A stretch of 64,000 nucleotides of DNA. It comes from Hemiscyllium ocellatum. Taxonomy: Eukaryota. The stretch covers positions 1,984,001 through 2,048,000 of the forward strand of contig NW_026867603.1 of NCBI RefSeq assembly GCF_020745735.1. The letters are read 5' to 3'. Positions 60,852-64,000 of the stretch are shown piece by piece; position 1 is the stretch's first letter; every line of letters starts with the position of its first letter. The notes beneath the pieces were generated by a model. The model was not told the origin of the DNA, made no database searches, and saw nothing but the letters and a program-made list of their open reading frames with translations. The position numbers and the translations under genes are program-made.

Positions 60852-61610
60852 GAGGAGTAACAAGAAGATGGATTACTGGGCTAATGGTAGGCTACTTGGT
60901 AGTGTGGATGAGCAGAGGGATCTTGGTGTCCATGTACACAGATCTCTGAAAGTTGCCACCCAGGTAAATAGTGCTGTAAGGAAGGCATATGGTGTACTGG
61001 GCTTTATTGGTAGAGGAATTGAGTTCCGGAGTCCTGAGGTCATGTTGCAGTTGTATAAGACTCTGGTGCGGCCTCATCTGGAGTATTGTGTGCAGTTTTG
61101 GTCGCCATACTATAGGAAGGATGTGGAGGCATTGGAACGAGTGCAGAGGAGGTTTACCAGGATGTTGCCTGGAATGGTAGGAAAATCTTATGAGGAAAGG
61201 CTGAGGCACTTGGGGCTGTTCTCATTGGAGAAGAGAAGGTTTAGGGGAGATTTGATAGAGGTGTATAAGATGATTAGGGGTTTAGATAGGGTCGACACTG
61301 AGAACCTTTTACCTCTAATGGAGTCAGGTGTTACGAGGGGACACAGCTTTAAATTAAGGGGTGGTAGGTATAGGACAGATGTTAGGGGTAGATTCTTTAC
61401 ACAGCGGGTTGTGAGTTCATGGAATGCCCTGCCAGTAGCAGTGGTGAACTCTCCTTCTTTATGGTCATTTCAGCGGGCATTGGATAGGCGTTTGGAAGTT
61501 ATTGGGCTAGTGTAGGTTAGGTAGGATTCGGTCGGCGCAACATCGAGGGCCGAAGGGCCTGTACTGCGCTGTATCTTTCTATGTTCTATGTTCTATGTTC
61601 TATGTTCTAT
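60852..61610 (+). mobile_element. Young 5'-truncated CR1 LINE
   Basis: Uninterrupted ORF2 C-terminus (DLGVHVHRSLK...RPHLEYCVQFWSPY...WNALP) and a tail of nearly five TTCTATG units. Confidence 0.95.
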
Positions 61611-62159
61611 ACTGAATAAACGGGCTGAACTAACCAGAACGTAATTGCATTCAATTTCCTGTTTTCTCATAGTCATACAGTGAATGCTGTATTCAGTGAC
61701 TTTCCTTTTAAAAGAAGAAATGCAAAGTGGAATGTGTCCACTGTGAGAAAATGGGAAAATATAGTTTGGTGGGATCTTATTTTGCTTGCTTCATTTCTTC
61801 TTTTGTATCGGCAAGATGCAATACTTGGCAGCAAATAACCTAACTGCTGAAAAGGTCCTTGAGTTCCCAGTTTCATTTACTGGAGTTTCTGCAGTGGATC
61901 AAAGATATTTTGACTCACTGTTGCCGAGGTGGTGGAAAGCCAATTGCAAACTATAACCACTTCCTCCACAGAATCAATTCTGCACAGCAACAATGCTGGT
62001 GAACATTTTATTTTTAAGTTATGTATCTTGGAGAACTCGTCCCTCCTCTCATTGAATCAAGAATTCGCAGAGTCTCAGACACAATATAAACGTCAACAGT
62101 TCATTCTAGGATCACGGCAACACTGTTCAATATTAAGAGAAAAAGATAAATAGTCGCAG

Positions 62160-62330
62160 AGTCATGGAGTGATTAAGCATGGAAACAGAAACTTTGGTCC
62201 AGCCAGTCCATGCCAGTACTTTCCCAAACTAAACTGATCCCACCTGTGTGTACTTGGCCCATATCCTTCCAAATGTTTGATGTTCATTTACTTATCCAAT
62301 TGTCTTCTGAGAGTTTTAACAGTACCCACC
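62160..62330 (-). mobile_element. CR1 3' tail fragment
   Basis: gagtcatggagt...catggaaacag...ccatatccttccaaatg. Confidence 0.65.
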
Positions 62331-62444
62331 ACAAACCATTCTCTGTGAAAAAGCTGTCTCCGTTATATTTTTTACATTGTTTCTCCTCTCATGATAAAAA
62401 CATGTCACCTACTGTTGAAATCCACCAACAGAGTGCAAATAAAG

Positions 62445-62715
62445 TGGGCGGCATGGTGGCTCGGTGGTTAGCACTGCTAACTCACAGTGCCAGAGACCTG
62501 GGTTCAGTTCCTGACTCAGGCAACTGACTGTGTGGAGTTTGCACATTCTCCCCGTGTCTGCGTGGGTTTCCTTTGTGTGCTCCGGTTTCCTCCCACAGCC
62601 CAAAAATGTGCAGGTTAGGTGAATTGGCCACGCTAACTTGCCCTTCGTGTTGGGTGTAGGGGAATGGGCGTGGACTTGTTGGGCTGAAGGACCTGTTTTC
62701 ACACTGTAAGTAATG
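62445..62715 (+). mobile_element. HE1-like SINE with internal deletion
   Basis: A-box tggctcggtgg, B-box ggttcagttcc, same core as 25556. Confidence 0.9.
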
Positions 62716-63808
62716 TAATATGCCAATATCTTAGTCAAAACTTGAAGACAATCCCAGCTCCAAGCATTTACAAAATACCATTATGGATCATCCTTGTGCA
62801 CAAAAAAGATTTCTCCTTTAATCAATGGTTTCTAAAAGTTGCTTGTGTATCTGTCGTAAAGGACGTTTTCCTAAACTTCTGAACTGCAAATTGTTCACAT
62901 CCATCGGATTAAAGTAATTATGTGAATTACCCCACACACGAAAAAATAATCAAGCAAATTTGTTAAAAAGAGTTGCTCTGAGGAAGTCTACGATGGATTC
63001 ATTTATCAAATTAAATCATTTCCAATATTGTGAGGCCTCGTCTATCTTCTGTACAATAGTCTAAATTTTAAGTTCTGTCTGACTGCAGATGAAACTGATT
63101 TGTGTAGAAGTATGGTTTGAGTCTTTCACATCGTTAATATTTATTGCTGACTTTATTTGATTGGAGGGACGTTGTGCCAGGCATCGTTTGGCACCATCAT
63201 ATACATCATATACACATCGCTGGTGTCATGTGGAGTTTATTGATATGTGATGCTTTGAAACGAAAGCTTCGAAAATTTCCGGTATGAATCATGTCAATTA
63301 GAGCTATTCGCCATTCCACTCATGGCTTTATAAACTTACATGTAGTCACTCCCAAACCCGAACTCTCAACCTCCAGTGAAAAATGTTCAAGTCTATCTGG
63401 ATTTCCAACATTGATTCTGTTCCCACACATTCCATTGTTAAAGATCCTCCTGCCGCCCCAGGTCCACAGACAGCGTCCCTTGTTACGAGTTCAAAGAAGT
63501 GAAAGGAAGTTGTCCTACTATATTGTTCAATTTTAGTTGGCTTCAAAAATAAATGTTCATGTTATTGCTGATTTACTGGAGAATGCAATGTGCCAGTATC
63601 TGCTGAAATACATGCAGCACCATCCTGAACCTGATTTGCAGGTTCACCTGCTGCGCACATACGGAAGTGGGCATCAGGGAACAGTGAACATCGCCCACCC
63701 CCACAACACCTCACCGACACACTCAACCTCCCCTGTACTTTGGACTTTGTGAATTGCGTATTTTTAATAATCAGTTAATCCGAAGTGGTTTTTAAAACTT
63801 ATTTATTA

Positions 63809-63970
63809 CATGTTGCTGATCTTGGCAAAATAAACGTATGTTGCTGTCAGCTTTTCTGGAGAGCATGTCTGCATTTTTCACGTGTCATTTCCATTGATTC
63901 ATGTTGCTGATCTTGGCTAAATAAACGTACGTTGCTATCACCATTTCTGGGGAAAATGTCTGTATTTTTC
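63809..63970. repeat. Two-copy ~71-bp direct repeat, period 91 bp
   Basis: catgttgctgatcttggc(a/t)aaataaacgta... starts at 63809 and at 63900. Confidence 0.85.
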
Positions 63971-64000
63971 TCCTTTAAGTCAAGAATACTCAAAACGTCT

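Noticed and set aside
60751-61515. 254-aa host gene
   Set aside because: It is the CR1 ORF2 C-terminus with chance upstream read-through; the element is 5'-truncated and lacks the RT core.

Overview
Vertebrate genomic DNA, almost certainly from a shark: the IgM sequence and repeat families resemble nurse/bamboo-shark-type Orectolobiformes (recognised from memory, no database search). The window has three zones. (1) 1-11.86 kb is a degenerate satellite built from AG/TG/TC/AC words, densely packed with the RAG heptamer CACAGTG on one strand; all ORFs there are artefacts. (2) 11.9-38 kb is repeat-rich intergenic DNA with Penelope-like elements carrying hammerhead-ribozyme cores, CR1 LINE fragments and tRNA-derived SINEs. 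(3) 38.0-59.6 kb on the minus strand is one complete IgM heavy-chain cluster: leader, VH, J, Cmu1-Cmu4, secretory tail, TM1 and TM2. The cluster is unusual. V, D1 and D2 appear already joined in the genome (VDD-J), leaving a single 12/23 RSS pair. Cmu1 has an in-frame TGA and the secretory tailpiece is destroyed, while leader, V, J, Cmu2-4, TM1/TM2 and all splice sites are intact. The simplest reading is a young pseudogene; a membrane-only CH1-skipped chain or a V-region donor for inter-cluster switching are testable alternatives. No CRISPR arrays or true tRNA/rRNA genes were found.
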